DNA of 64,000 nucleotides from an uncultured Alphaproteobacteria bacterium (lineage in GTDB: Bacteria; Pseudomonadota; Alphaproteobacteria; HIMB59; GCA-002718135). A model generated the notes under the pieces. That model was given only the letters and a program-made list of their open reading frames with translations. It was not told where the DNA came from and ran no database searches. Each line of letters starts with the position of its first letter. Positions within the stretch are counted from its first letter, which is position 1. The position numbers and the translations under genes are program-made. Location of the stretch: assembly GCA_902621305.1 (NCBI GenBank), contig CACNLM010000002.1, forward strand, positions 69,812 through 133,811. Reading direction: 5' to 3'. This document shows, piece after piece, positions 47,232 to 56,785 of this stretch.

Positions 47232-48198
47232 ATAATAATTTATTTTTATTTTCATCATCACAAAAAGAATACTTAATGGCATTATGAGTTAGTGACGTAA
47301 GTTCTTTTTCATTCAAACCTAATTCTTCCATAACTTTGTATTCACCTTGAATAGTGGCATTGAAAAATGGAGGGTCATCTGAATTAACTGTAACTTTAAC
47401 ACCTTGATCAAATAACGATTTAACTGGATGACTTTCATAATCTTCATAAATTTTTGTTGCGATATTACTTGTTGGACAAGTTTCAAGAATAATATCTTTT
47501 TCAATAATCTCTTTTACAAGATCAGGATCCTCAATTGATCTTACACCGTGACCTAATCTAGTCGGGTGTAATAAATTGATAGCATTACGAATATTTTCTG
47601 GACCATCCCACTCACCAGCATGAACAGAAATGGGGAAATTCATCTCTTTCAGCATATCAAATGTTTTTACAAATAGATTTGGAGGAAAATGTAACTCATC
47701 ACCAGCTAAACCAAAACCAACTAAAAATGGATGAGGGTTATCAAGGACTTCTTTAGCTGTATTTTGAACAGACTCTGGTCCAAGATGTCTAATTCCATTC
47801 ATTATATATCGAGACACAATACCAAAATCATCTTCGGCTTTTTTAGAAGCTTCGTATACCCCTTCAATAAACGAATGATATGTCATGCCCTTTGCTTTGG
47901 CATGAGTTGATGAAATCATCGCTTCAACATAGAGGACATTGTTAGCAGCACATTCTTTTAAATATTCATACGTTAATTCAAAATAGTCTTCTGGTGTATG
48001 AATAACAGAAGTGACAATGTCGTACTTTTTTATAAAATCATAAAAATCATCCCACTGGTATGCGTACTTTGAGCCAAACATTTCTTCTGGTATTTCATGA
48101 TTATTGCGCATAGCAAATTTTTTACAAAGATCTGGTGTAATAGTAGCTTCTAAATGAACATGAATTTCTGCTTTTTTAACTGAATTAAAAATATTCAT
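47218..48198 (-). CDS. add: adenosine deaminase
   Basis: 'EIHVHLEA', 'SVHAGE', 'RLGHG' and 'VNSDDPPFF' metal and catalytic motifs. The start was moved to the ATG at 48198 (MNIFNS); the tracked 68-codon extension overlaps the divergent M48 gene and has no homology. Confidence 0.85.
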   Translation of the reverse strand: MNIFNSVKKAEIHVHLEATITPDLCKKFAMRNNHEIPEEMFGSKYAYQWDDFYDFIKKYDIVTSVIHTPEDYFELTYEYLKECAANNVLYVEAMISSTHAKAKGMTYHSFIEGVYEASKKAEDDFGIVSRYIMNGIRHLGPESVQNTAKEVLDNPHPFLVGFGLAGDELHFPPNLFVKTFDMLKEMNFPISVHAGEWDGPENIRNAINLLHPTRLGHGVRSIEDPDLVKEIIEKDIILETCPTSNIATKIYEDYESHPVKSLFDQGVKVTVNSDDPPFFNATIQGEYKVMEELGLNEKELTSLTHNAIKYSFCDDENKNKLLSKLS

Positions 48199-48227
48199 AT
48201 AAATAAAATTACCTATATAATAATAAT

Positions 48228-49139
48228 ATGGAAGCAAGATTAAACAGAAGAAGCTTTGTTTTTGGCGCAAGTTGCTCTTTATGTGGTTCGATGATTTTAC
48301 CATCTTGTACACAAGTTCCACTAACAAATAGGAGTCAGTTAAATTTATATGATAGCAACCTTCCCATAATTTTAATGGGCGGAGGTATCCTTGGCACACC
48401 AAAGATTTATCCCAATGAACGATCTCTTAATCAAGAAGTTGAAAAAACATATTCAAGATTTTTATCTAAAGCTAAAGAAGATAAAATTCTTTTAGATAAC
48501 ACCGATGAATCAAAAAAAATTGAAGAAATAGGAAAAGAAATTTATACCTCTCTAGATACATATTATCTTAATAAGCGTGAAAAAAATCCTGTAGAAAATT
48601 TTAATTGGCAATTTGCTTTAATTGAGTCTGAAACAAAAAATGCATGGTGTATGCCTGGTGGAAAAATTGCTTTTTATACAGGTATACTTCCTATATGTAA
48701 AAATGATGATGGTATTGCAGCAGTCATGGGCCATGAAATTGCGCATGCATTTGCTAGACACACTGTTGAAAAATTAACCCAAGCATCTATGATGCAAATG
48801 GCAACAATTGGAATATCGCGAAGTAAATACGCTGAACTTTTAAATAAATCTTTTAGAGTTGGTAACGTAGGTGGTAATGTTTATAACTCAGTGGTTAAGT
48901 ATGGTATTTTTCTTCCATTTAGTAGAAAAATGGAAAGTGAAGCTGATTATTTAGGTATGGGATTTATGAATCTTGCTGGATTTAATATTAAAGAACCTGC
49001 TAAATTATGGCAAAGAATGATGGCAGGTCAAGAAGGAAGAGTGCCTGAATTTATGGGATCACATCCAAGTCCTGATAATAGATCAAAAAAGTTTCTTGAA
49101 TGGGAAAGTGAAATTTTAGATAAATTTCCCCAAGTTTAA
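48228..49139 (+). CDS. M48-family zinc metallopeptidase (exported/lipoprotein)
   Basis: 'MGHEIAHAFARH' HExxH motif, a downstream 'ESEADYLG' third-ligand region, and an N-terminal 'RRSFVFGASCSLCGS' signal. Confidence 0.8.
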   Translation: MEARLNRRSFVFGASCSLCGSMILPSCTQVPLTNRSQLNLYDSNLPIILMGGGILGTPKIYPNERSLNQEVEKTYSRFLSKAKEDKILLDNTDESKKIEEIGKEIYTSLDTYYLNKREKNPVENFNWQFALIESETKNAWCMPGGKIAFYTGILPICKNDDGIAAVMGHEIAHAFARHTVEKLTQASMMQMATIGISRSKYAELLNKSFRVGNVGGNVYNSVVKYGIFLPFSRKMESEADYLGMGFMNLAGFNIKEPAKLWQRMMAGQEGRVPEFMGSHPSPDNRSKKFLEWESEILDKFPQV

Positions 49140-49160
49140 TTTTAGTGTAATAGGTATTTT

Positions 49161-50207
49161 ATGATTGCTGTTGAAGTTAAAGATCTTACTCATTCGATTA
49201 ATAATAAAAAAATTTTAAATAATATTAATTTTAATCTCAATAAAGATAGTATCTCTTGTATTTTGGGACCGTCAGGTAGTGGAAAAACTACTTTATTAAA
49301 GCTCATAGCAGGTCTTGAAAAAGTACAGTCAGGTAAAATTATTATTAATGGTGAAGAAGTAAGTAGTACTGCAAAACACTTACCTACAGAAAAAAGAAAG
49401 ATTGGTTTTTTATTTCAAGATTACGCTTTATTCCCACATTTGACAGTAAAAGAAAATTTGAGATTTCCAACTAATACTAAGAATTCAACTAATAATGTTG
49501 ATGAAATTATTGAACTAATAAAATTACCTAATTCACTAGATAAATACCCACACGAGTTAAGTGGTGGTGAACAACAAAGAGTTGCACTTGCACGATCTAT
49601 AATTTCACAACCCGATTTACTTTTATTAGATGAGCCTTTTTCAAGTTTAGATTTAAGCCTTCGAGAAGAGGTGAGAGATGATACGCTGCATCTATTACAA
49701 AAATCAAATGTGTCTGTAATTATAGTCACTCATGATCCTTTCGAAGCAATGTTTATCTCAAATCATATAAATATTTTTGATAAATCAGGTTCGATTGTAC
49801 AGTCAGGAACTCCGAATGATCTCTATAACAATCCAAAAAATTCATATGTTACAGGTTTTTTTGGTGAAACAAATAAATTTGAAGGTGTTGTTAAAGAATC
49901 TCACATTTACACACCGGTTGGGAAAATTAAAACACCTGGAAATTTAGAAGGTGAGAAAGTTGTAGTACACATAAGACCTCAAGGTATAAAACTCAACAAA
50001 CAACCAACACCAGTTAATGGAATTAAGGGGACCGTTATGGCGTCAAAATTAATGGGGTCATTTAGTTTTATCCATTTATCTGTGTTAGATAATAATAATG
50101 AAGTTGTTCATGTTCATAGCCACATGCCTGCTGACTTTAATCCAAAACAATCATCTGCAGTCGAGATAGAAATTGATAATGATCAGGCTTATATTTTTAA
50201 GAATTAA
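49161..50207 (+). CDS. ABC transporter ATP-binding protein (FbpC/PotA-like)
   Basis: 'GPSGSGKTT', 'LSGGEQQR' and 'LLLDEPFSSLD', plus a C-terminal TOBE-like domain. Converges on the fbpB-fbpA genes. Confidence 0.75.
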   Translation: MIAVEVKDLTHSINNKKILNNINFNLNKDSISCILGPSGSGKTTLLKLIAGLEKVQSGKIIINGEEVSSTAKHLPTEKRKIGFLFQDYALFPHLTVKENLRFPTNTKNSTNNVDEIIELIKLPNSLDKYPHELSGGEQQRVALARSIISQPDLLLLDEPFSSLDLSLREEVRDDTLHLLQKSNVSVIIVTHDPFEAMFISNHINIFDKSGSIVQSGTPNDLYNNPKNSYVTGFFGETNKFEGVVKESHIYTPVGKIKTPGNLEGEKVVVHIRPQGIKLNKQPTPVNGIKGTVMASKLMGSFSFIHLSVLDNNNEVVHVHSHMPADFNPKQSSAVEIEIDNDQAYIFKN

Positions 50208-50210
50208 GTT

Positions 50211-51806
50211 TTAGTTTTTTATTGATTTAGTAATTGTTCTGTTAAGAAAAATTACCGGTCCTAATCCAGCAATAACTATAATTAGAGCTGCAAATGCTGA
50301 CTCCTCCAACATTTCATCAGAGGCATATTGATAAACATAGGTTGCTAGTGTCTCAAAATTAAATGGTCTTAATAAAAGTGTTATTGGAAGTTCTTTTAAG
50401 ATGTCTACGAAAACTAATATTCCTCCAACTAATAAATTTGTATACAGCAAGGGTAATATAATTTTTCTTATACTTTTGAAAAAGCTAACACCCATTGTTC
50501 TTGATGCGTCTAATAAGTTTGGATGAATTCTTGAAATACCTGATGTAATTGCTCCATTACCAACAGCTAAAAATCTTATACTATACGCAAATAATAAAAT
50601 TATAAATCCGCCAACGGCATAACTCATACGAAAATAAATTAAATCATTAAGCCACCCAACAAATACGACTATTCCAACAGCAAGAATTGTTCCTGGAAAA
50701 GCATAACCAGAAGAAGCAAAAAATATTAAAATTTTTTGGAAATTATTTGATTTATATGCTCCAACTATAATCATTAATAAGGATAGCAACATTATGAATG
50801 ATGAAGAAATAAATGCTAAAGATATACTTGATAGTGTTATTTGAAAAATTTCAAAAAAATTTATTACAGAATAACCTTTAATTACAAAATTCAATAAAAT
50901 TGAAACAGGTATTATAAAACCAAGACTTAAAGGTATTAAGCAAATTAAAAACAATAAAGAATTTTTGATACCAGAAACTGTTTGGGTTGGTGTATAAGAT
51001 GCACCACTATATTTTTCATGAAATTTTCTGCTACGCCTACCCAAATACTCTAAAGTTAAAAGTACTATAACAATCATAAATAAAATACTAGAAATCTGTG
51101 ATGCGCCAGATAGACTATTCATTCCTAACCAAACATTAAATACGCCTAAGGTTAATGTTTCAATTGCAAAATAATCAACTGTCCCAAAATCAGAAATTGT
51201 TTCCATTAGTACTAAGGCCAAGCCAGCAATTATACCAGGACGACCAAATGGAATAGCAACATTGAAGAAGGAATTCCTTCCATAAATAGAACTAGTTTGA
51301 AAAAAAGATATAGGTGTCGTTATAAATGATGCTCTAGTCATTAAATATACGTATGGATACAATACAGAAGACATTACCAAAATTGCACCTCCCATTGATC
51401 GCACATTTGGAAACCAGTAATCTTTTGAGCTCGTCCAACCAAATATGTCTCTTAGCAATGATTGAAGAGGACCAGCATATTCAAAAAAATCAGTATAAGT
51501 ATAGGCAATAATATAAGCTGGGACAGCAGCTGGTAATAATAACATCCATTCAAAAAATTTTTTCCCAAAAAAATTATATCTTGTCACTATCCAAGCAGTA
51601 GTCAAACCAAAGACTAAACTTAATCCTCCAACACCAAACATTAGAATTATTGTATTGGTAAGATATCTGGGCAAAACAGTAGAAAAAAGATGTGGCCATA
51701 GTGATGTATCACCTAAGATTGCGTAATAAAATATTGAAAAAATAGGGGCGATAATTACTAAAGCAATTATCGCCACAGAATTAGACCATAAATTAAAATT
51801 TATCAA
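50211..51806 (-). CDS. fbpB: Fe(3+) ABC transporter permease (fused two-domain FbpB type)
   Basis: 531 aa made of two tandem permease modules, located downstream of an FbpA-like SBP. Confidence 0.78.
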   Translation of the reverse strand: MINFNLWSNSVAIIALVIIAPIFSIFYYAILGDTSLWPHLFSTVLPRYLTNTIILMFGVGGLSLVFGLTTAWIVTRYNFFGKKFFEWMLLLPAAVPAYIIAYTYTDFFEYAGPLQSLLRDIFGWTSSKDYWFPNVRSMGGAILVMSSVLYPYVYLMTRASFITTPISFFQTSSIYGRNSFFNVAIPFGRPGIIAGLALVLMETISDFGTVDYFAIETLTLGVFNVWLGMNSLSGASQISSILFMIVIVLLTLEYLGRRSRKFHEKYSGASYTPTQTVSGIKNSLLFLICLIPLSLGFIIPVSILLNFVIKGYSVINFFEIFQITLSSISLAFISSSFIMLLSLLMIIVGAYKSNNFQKILIFFASSGYAFPGTILAVGIVVFVGWLNDLIYFRMSYAVGGFIILLFAYSIRFLAVGNGAITSGISRIHPNLLDASRTMGVSFFKSIRKIILPLLYTNLLVGGILVFVDILKELPITLLLRPFNFETLATYVYQYASDEMLEESAFAALIIVIAGLGPVIFLNRTITKSIKN

Positions 51807-51823
51807 AACAGTTAACCTATAAT

Positions 51824-52837
51824 TTACCAGCCTACTCTATCAATGATTTTCTGAGCTATGGGAACAAGTTCTGCTAGTTTTTCAACAGGCAGTTTATCTT
51901 CTTTAAATTCACCCCATGATTTTAACTCATCAGTTAATTTCATATCTGGATTAACCGGATATTCATAGTTTATAGAACTGTAGAGGACTTGGGCTTTTGG
52001 TTGAGTCAAAAATTCAAGTAGTGCAATCGCGTTGTCTTTATTTTTAGAGTACTTAATTACACCTCCACCAGCAACATTTATGTGATTACCTCTGTCTTCT
52101 TGGTTAGTAAAAACTAACTCTATTGAGTTAGCCCATTCTTTTTGTTCTGGATTCTTTTCATTAAATTTCATTTTTCCAAAATAATAGGTATTCATTACAG
52201 CAATATCACAAACACCTTCATAAATTGCTTTTGCTTGAGCTCTATCATTACCTTCAGGTTTTCGTGCTAAATTTGCAACGATGCCTGCTGCCCATTCTTC
52301 AGCTATAGCTTCTCCATTTGCAGCAATTATTGAAGCTAAAAGTGATCTATTGTAGTCATGGCTGCCAGGTCTTGTACAAATTTTACCTTTCCATTTTGGA
52401 TCAGATAAATCTTCTATTCTTTTAATTGAGTCTGTAGATACTCTTTCTTTTGATATTGCAACAATTCTAGCTCTCTTTGAAAGTGCAAACCATTTATTAT
52501 TACTGTCTCTTAAATGATTTGGAATATTCATATTCAAAATATCTGAATTAATTGGTTGCAAAATATCCTTTTCAACAAATTGGTTTAATCTTGCTATATC
52601 AACTGTTAATACCAAGTCAGCAGGTGTATCTACACCTTCAGCTAAAACTCTTTCTAGCAATCCTTTTTTTGCATGTAAAACATTTACCTTTATGCCAGTC
52701 AATTTTGTAAATTCCTCAAAGAAAGGATCTATTAAAATTGGCTGCCTGTAAGAATAAACATTAACCTCTTTGGCAAACAAGTTTAGTGAAATCATAGATG
52801 CAATTAGTATCAATAGTAATCTAAAAATAATTTTCAT
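51824..52837 (-). CDS. fbpA: Fe(3+) ABC transporter substrate-binding protein (FbpA/AfuA type)
   Basis: Signal peptide, 'VNVYSYRQP', 'NKWFALSKRARI', 'NTYYFGKM' and 'EYPVNP', typical of ferric-binding proteins. Confidence 0.8.
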   Translation of the reverse strand: MKIIFRLLLILIASMISLNLFAKEVNVYSYRQPILIDPFFEEFTKLTGIKVNVLHAKKGLLERVLAEGVDTPADLVLTVDIARLNQFVEKDILQPINSDILNMNIPNHLRDSNNKWFALSKRARIVAISKERVSTDSIKRIEDLSDPKWKGKICTRPGSHDYNRSLLASIIAANGEAIAEEWAAGIVANLARKPEGNDRAQAKAIYEGVCDIAVMNTYYFGKMKFNEKNPEQKEWANSIELVFTNQEDRGNHINVAGGGVIKYSKNKDNAIALLEFLTQPKAQVLYSSINYEYPVNPDMKLTDELKSWGEFKEDKLPVEKLAELVPIAQKIIDRVGW

Positions 52838-52854
52838 ATAACCTTCTTTTTTTT

Positions 52855-52877
52855 GTGGAGATAATAAATATCTCCAC
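52855..52877. promoter_or_regulatory. perfect 9-bp inverted repeat with a Fur-box-like core, upstream of fbpA
   Basis: GTGGAGATA-ATAAA-TATCTCCAC lies 18-40 nt upstream of the fbpA ATG. The core AGATAAT-A-AATATCT matches the 7-1-7 Fur motif TGATAAT-N-ATTATCA at 11 of 14 positions by hand count. Confidence 0.4.
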
Positions 52878-53007
52878 GTTCTATGATTAAGAATCTTATT
52901 AAAAATTATCAGAATACGAATGTAGATCTATATGAATTTTTTTTTAATATCAGTGTTGTTAAAATTCATAAAATTAGATTTATTCTAAATTTAAAGTTAA
53001 AAATGTT

Positions 53008-53025
53008 GGGGCCACTTTGGGCCCC
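53008..53025 (-). terminator. rho-independent terminator of the sHSP gene
   Basis: A GGGGCC / GGCCCC stem lies 9 nt after the sHSP stop. On the minus strand it is followed by AACATTTTTAACTTT. Confidence 0.7.
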
Positions 53026-53033
53026 TATCAAAA

Positions 53034-53471
53034 CTATTTTATTGAAATAAGTCTAGCTTTTTTTTCTTCTGGAATAATTCTCTCCAAATCAATCGCTAAA
53101 AGTCCATTCTTCAATTCAGCATCTTTGACTTTGATGTCTTCTGAAATTGTGAACGATCTTTCAAACTGTCTTGTTGAGATTCCTTTATGGATTACACCAT
53201 TGCCATTTTCATTAACCACTTTTTCTTTAGGTTTATTTCTAACAGTTAGGTTGTTTTCTTTTAATTCAATCTCAATATCTTCTTTACTATATCCAGCAAG
53301 AGCAACTTCAATTTTATAGTTATGCTCATCAACTCTATGAATATTGTAAGGTGGATAATTTGTATTGTATCGTTCCGTAGACTCCAACATTCTATCAAAT
53401 TCATCAAAAATTGAGTCAAATCCAACAGAGAATGGTCTTAGAGAATTCCAAACGGATAGGTTTCTAGTCAT
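53034..53471 (-). CDS. Hsp20/alpha-crystallin small heat-shock protein
   Basis: 'YPPYNI', 'YKIEVALAGYSKEDIEIE', 'GISTRQFERSF' and 'NGLLAIDL' alpha-crystallin-domain motifs. The start was moved to the ATG at 53471, which is preceded by AAGGAG; the tracked extension lies in the promoter/5'UTR. Confidence 0.88.
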   Translation of the reverse strand: MTRNLSVWNSLRPFSVGFDSIFDEFDRMLESTERYNTNYPPYNIHRVDEHNYKIEVALAGYSKEDIEIELKENNLTVRNKPKEKVVNENGNGVIHKGISTRQFERSFTISEDIKVKDAELKNGLLAIDLERIIPEEKKARLISIK

Positions 53472-53534
53472 AATAACTCCTTTATTAAGCAAGTTTATTT
53501 TTTCTGCACCCACAATGGCATACAGACAATTATG

Positions 53535-53562
53535 ATGTGGGGATGATTGTGTTAAATTCAAG
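53535..53562 (-). promoter_or_regulatory. sigma-32 (RpoH)-type heat-shock promoter of the sHSP gene
   Basis: The minus strand reads CTTGAA-N14-CCCCACAT, against the consensus CTTGAA-N13-17-CCCCATNT. A CCCC run is conspicuous in this AT-rich DNA. Lies about 65-90 nt upstream of the ATG. Confidence 0.7.
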
Positions 53563-53568
53563 TCTTTA

Positions 53569-54225
53569 TTATTTTTTTCTTATAAACGATAATCCATCAG
53601 ATAATGGGAGAAGAGAGAATTCCACTCTTGTGTCATTTTGAATTTTTAAATTTAAATCACGGATAGTTTGTGTTTGAGAGTCTTGTATAGTTTCGTCAGC
53701 AACATCACCATGCCAAAGCATATTATCAATAACTATTATTCCATTAGAAACTAATAGGTTTAACGACAGTTCGTAATAATTTGGATAATTATTCTTATCA
53801 GCATCTATAAAAATTAAATCATAACTTTGTTGACGATCTATCATGCTTTGCATTACCTCAACACCATCTCCAATAATCGATTCAATTTTTGAACTTATAT
53901 TATCTAATTCCCAATATTTTTTTGCTAAGGGTAAAAATTCATCTGAATTATCAACAGTTACAATTTTTCCTGATTCAGGTAGACCTCTTGCCAAAAACAA
54001 AGTACTCATCCCTGTAAATCTTCCAATTTCTAAACAATTTTTAGCATTAGAAATTTTAGTTATCATTTCTAAAAACTGACCTTGTTCTTTTGCAATCTGC
54101 ATTTGTGAAACACTGCCAAGTTTTAAAGTTTCATTTTCTAGTTCACTAATTATTTTATCTTCTCTGTAACCTACGGTTTGTAAATATTGAACAAGTGCTT
54201 CATTAATTTCAGTTTGGGTACTCAT
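53569..54225 (-). CDS. class I SAM-dependent O-methyltransferase (family 3, caffeoyl-CoA OMT-like)
   Basis: 'LEIGRFTGMSTL' (SAM motif I), 'FIDADKNNY' and 'GIIVIDNMLWHG', typical of the Methyltransf_3 family. Confidence 0.7.
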   Translation of the reverse strand: MSTQTEINEALVQYLQTVGYREDKIISELENETLKLGSVSQMQIAKEQGQFLEMITKISNAKNCLEIGRFTGMSTLFLARGLPESGKIVTVDNSDEFLPLAKKYWELDNISSKIESIIGDGVEVMQSMIDRQQSYDLIFIDADKNNYPNYYELSLNLLVSNGIIVIDNMLWHGDVADETIQDSQTQTIRDLNLKIQNDTRVEFSLLPLSDGLSFIRKK

Positions 54226-55535
54226 TAGTTTATGGTTTCAAATATTTCAGATAGTTTGTGAGTTTTTTTATCTGAAATGATGAAACAACTTTGTATTTTA
54301 TTTATTAAATTATCATCTATATTTTTATTTGAGTATAAACTTAATAAAGGAGTTGATGAATTCACTTCATCACTAATATTGAGTACATTATCATATCCAA
54401 CTCCGTAATCTATTTTATCGGTAACCTGTTTTCTTCCACCTCCTAGTTCAATAAGTATAAGGCCTAATTCTCTGGTATGAATTTTTTCTATCCAGCCTTG
54501 TTCACTAGAAAATACATCTTTTCGAACTGAAGTATTTATTAAATCCTTTTCATAAGATGATAAAATATTTTTTGGTCCACCTAAGGCCGCAACCATCATT
54601 TCAAATTTTTCTGCAGCTAGTCCATTATTAATAACCGTATTAATTTTATTATAAGCCTCTTCTTTCGAAATTTTATAAATGTTTACTAATAGCGAAGATA
54701 TTAATTCATTAGTGATCTTTTCTAATCGGTGATCTTTAAAATCATTTTTAATATATTTTATGCATTCTAATATCTCCAGTGTATGACCAGCACTTTTACC
54801 TAGGACCTGATTCATATCCGTTAATATAGCTTCGCAATGTAAACCTGCTCCTTTAGCGACTTTTACTAAGGAGTTGGATAAATCTCTTGCTATATCAATA
54901 GTGCTATTAAAAGATCCATTACCAACTTTTACATCAAGTACTAAAGATGAAAGACCACTTGCAATTTTTTTTGAAAGAATAGATGATGTTATTAAAGGTA
55001 AAGATTCTACTGTACCTACAATATCCCTTATAGAATATAATTTTTTATCAGCTGGTGCTAAATTAGAGGTTTGACCAATAATTGCACAACCAACGTCTTT
55101 TACAACTTTTTTAAAAGTTTCTAAATCAGGCTTTGTATTGTACCCAGGTATTGAATCAAATTTATCTAGAGTACCACCGGTATGACCCAAACCTCTACCT
55201 GAAATCATAGGTACATACAGTCCACAAGCTGCAAGAATTGGTGCTAAAATAATGCTCGTCTTGTCTCCAACACCACCAGTTGAGTGCTTATCACAAACCA
55301 ACTCAGAATCTACAATCTCAGACCAATTTATTGTATCGCCTGAGTTCGTCATCGCTTCAGTTAAACAAACAGTTTCTTCAGGAGTCATTCCATTTGAAAA
55401 TATTGCCATGCTCATTGCTGCAATTTGCGCGTCTGAAAAAGATCCATTTGTTAAACCGTCTACAAAAAAGTTGATATCTTCTTTTGATAGATCTTGGTTA
55501 TCTCTTTTCTTTCTAATTATCTCTTGAGGTATCAT
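54225..55535 (-). CDS. deoA: thymidine (pyrimidine-nucleoside) phosphorylase
   Basis: 'IIRKKRD', 'DKHSTGGVGDKTS' and 'SGRGLGHTGGTLDK' signatures. 436 aa. Confidence 0.9.
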   Translation of the reverse strand: MIPQEIIRKKRDNQDLSKEDINFFVDGLTNGSFSDAQIAAMSMAIFSNGMTPEETVCLTEAMTNSGDTINWSEIVDSELVCDKHSTGGVGDKTSIILAPILAACGLYVPMISGRGLGHTGGTLDKFDSIPGYNTKPDLETFKKVVKDVGCAIIGQTSNLAPADKKLYSIRDIVGTVESLPLITSSILSKKIASGLSSLVLDVKVGNGSFNSTIDIARDLSNSLVKVAKGAGLHCEAILTDMNQVLGKSAGHTLEILECIKYIKNDFKDHRLEKITNELISSLLVNIYKISKEEAYNKINTVINNGLAAEKFEMMVAALGGPKNILSSYEKDLINTSVRKDVFSSEQGWIEKIHTRELGLILIELGGGRKQVTDKIDYGVGYDNVLNISDEVNSSTPLLSLYSNKNIDDNLINKIQSCFIISDKKTHKLSEIFETIN

Positions 55536-56343
55536 CGAATTGAACTTCTTGTATAAATTGTTTAATTAAATTTAAAACATTGTTCTCTGCTAAACTTGCA
55601 TTCTCTAAAGTTTCTTGATGACTTAATTTTGTTTTATTCATACCAGCAGCTAAGTTGGTGATTACACTGATACCAATAACAGGAAGTCCGCAATGATTAG
55701 CAACTAAAACTTCTGGTACTGTAGACATTCCAACTGCATTTCCGCCTATTACTTTTAAGGCATTGATTTCAGCAGGTGTTTCAAAGTTTGGTCCTGAGTA
55801 CATACAATAAATACCTTCATAAATTTTTTGATCTATTTTTTTAGCGACTTGCATTAACTGATCTCTATAAAACTTATGATACCCATCACTCATATCATGA
55901 AAGCGAGGGCCATACTCTTCAGCATTGGGTCCAATAAGTGGATTGAAACCACTCCAGTTAATATGATCTTTAATTGCCATTAGACTGCCAGCCGGCATAG
56001 CTTCATCTAAACTACCTGCTGCATTTGTAACAACTAATAACTTGCACCCAATGTCCTTTAATACTCTTATGGGTGAAGCTAAGCTTTGAGGATTGTGTCC
56101 TTCATAAATATGGGATCTTCCATACATACAAACAACATTTAAAGTATTTATTTTTCCTAAAACTAATTTACCTGCGTGACCTTTGACAGTTGGCTGTGGA
56201 AAATCAGTTAACTGTTCATATGAAATTGATTCTTGAATATCTTTTTCTTCAAAAAAATTAGTTAGTCCACTTCCTAAAATTACGGCAATATCAGGTGAAG
56301 TATTATTTGTTATGTCTAAAAATTTTTTGGCCGAAGGTAGCAT
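55513..56343 (-). CDS. purine-nucleoside phosphorylase (trimeric PNP/PunA type)
   Basis: 'VILGSGL', 'VKGHAGKLVLG', 'GRSHIYEG', 'TNAAGSL', 'GPNFETPAE' and 'GMSTVPEV'. Confidence 0.88.
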   Translation of the reverse strand: MLPSAKKFLDITNNTSPDIAVILGSGLTNFFEEKDIQESISYEQLTDFPQPTVKGHAGKLVLGKINTLNVVCMYGRSHIYEGHNPQSLASPIRVLKDIGCKLLVVTNAAGSLDEAMPAGSLMAIKDHINWSGFNPLIGPNAEEYGPRFHDMSDGYHKFYRDQLMQVAKKIDQKIYEGIYCMYSGPNFETPAEINALKVIGGNAVGMSTVPEVLVANHCGLPVIGISVITNLAAGMNKTKLSHQETLENASLAENNVLNLIKQFIQEVQFDDTSRDN

Positions 56344-56759
56344 TAAAGATTCTCTGGGCCAAAAGAATCTGGAAGTAATTCTTCGAGCGTAGATGTTTTC
56401 ATATGACCATTTTCGTTACACATATGAATCTTAGTATCTAAAGTAGCAAATTCTCTTAACCTCTGTCTACAACCGCCACAAGGTGAGCATAATAATTCAC
56501 CTGAACCTATAACCACAACTTCTAAAATTTTTTTGTTTCCATTAGATATCATATTTCCAATTGCTGTTGCTTCGGCACACTGGGATTGAGGATAGGCTGC
56601 ATTTTCAACATTACAACCAGTAATAATTTTACTATCTTCTGTTAGAAAAGCTGCTCCTACTTTAAAATTTGAATATGGCACATGAGCTTGCTCTCTAACT
56701 TTTTTTGCAGCCTTGAATAAACTATCAAAATTTTCTGAAACCATATTCTTGTTTAACAT
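56343..56759 (-). CDS. cdd: cytidine deaminase
   Basis: Zn motifs 'CAEATAI' and 'PCGGCRQ'. 138 aa (homotetrameric type). Confidence 0.88.
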   Translation of the reverse strand: MLNKNMVSENFDSLFKAAKKVREQAHVPYSNFKVGAAFLTEDSKIITGCNVENAAYPQSQCAEATAIGNMISNGNKKILEVVVIGSGELLCSPCGGCRQRLREFATLDTKIHMCNENGHMKTSTLEELLPDSFGPENL

Positions 56760-56785
56760 GAAATTACTAAAAAAATTATTTATTT

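Noticed and set aside
48199-48402. N-terminal 68 codons of the tracked 394-aa adenosine deaminase ORF
   Set aside because: The deaminase fold starts at 'MNIFNSVKKAEIHVHLEA'. The extension overlaps the divergent M48 peptidase gene (start 48228).
53472-53561. N-terminal 30 codons of the tracked 175-aa sHSP ORF, and the antisense ORF at 53017-53319 (plus strand)
   Set aside because: The extension covers the sigma-32 promoter and the SD-containing leader; the ATG at 53471 has a proper AAGGAG. The plus-strand ORF is a low-complexity shadow of the sHSP gene.
487-55527. Short or antisense ORFs nested in longer genes. Examples: 487-693, 1338-1631, 4948-5175, 7859-8056, 8925-9275, 13961-14155, 14348-14614, 15689-15967, 17804-18016, 19284-19995, 21277-21486, 24810-25010, 25435-25677, 25949-26287, 26860-27193, 29998-30210, 30593-31264, 31859-32155, 37519-37749, 38646-39118, 39981-40172, 41952-42146, 44338-44850, 46718-46915, 47319-47504, 49421-49729, 53843-54079, 54874-55527
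   Set aside because: All lie inside, and mostly antisense to, well-supported family-assignable genes. They have biased low-complexity composition and no recognisable motifs. They are treated as frame shadows typical of AT-rich DNA.
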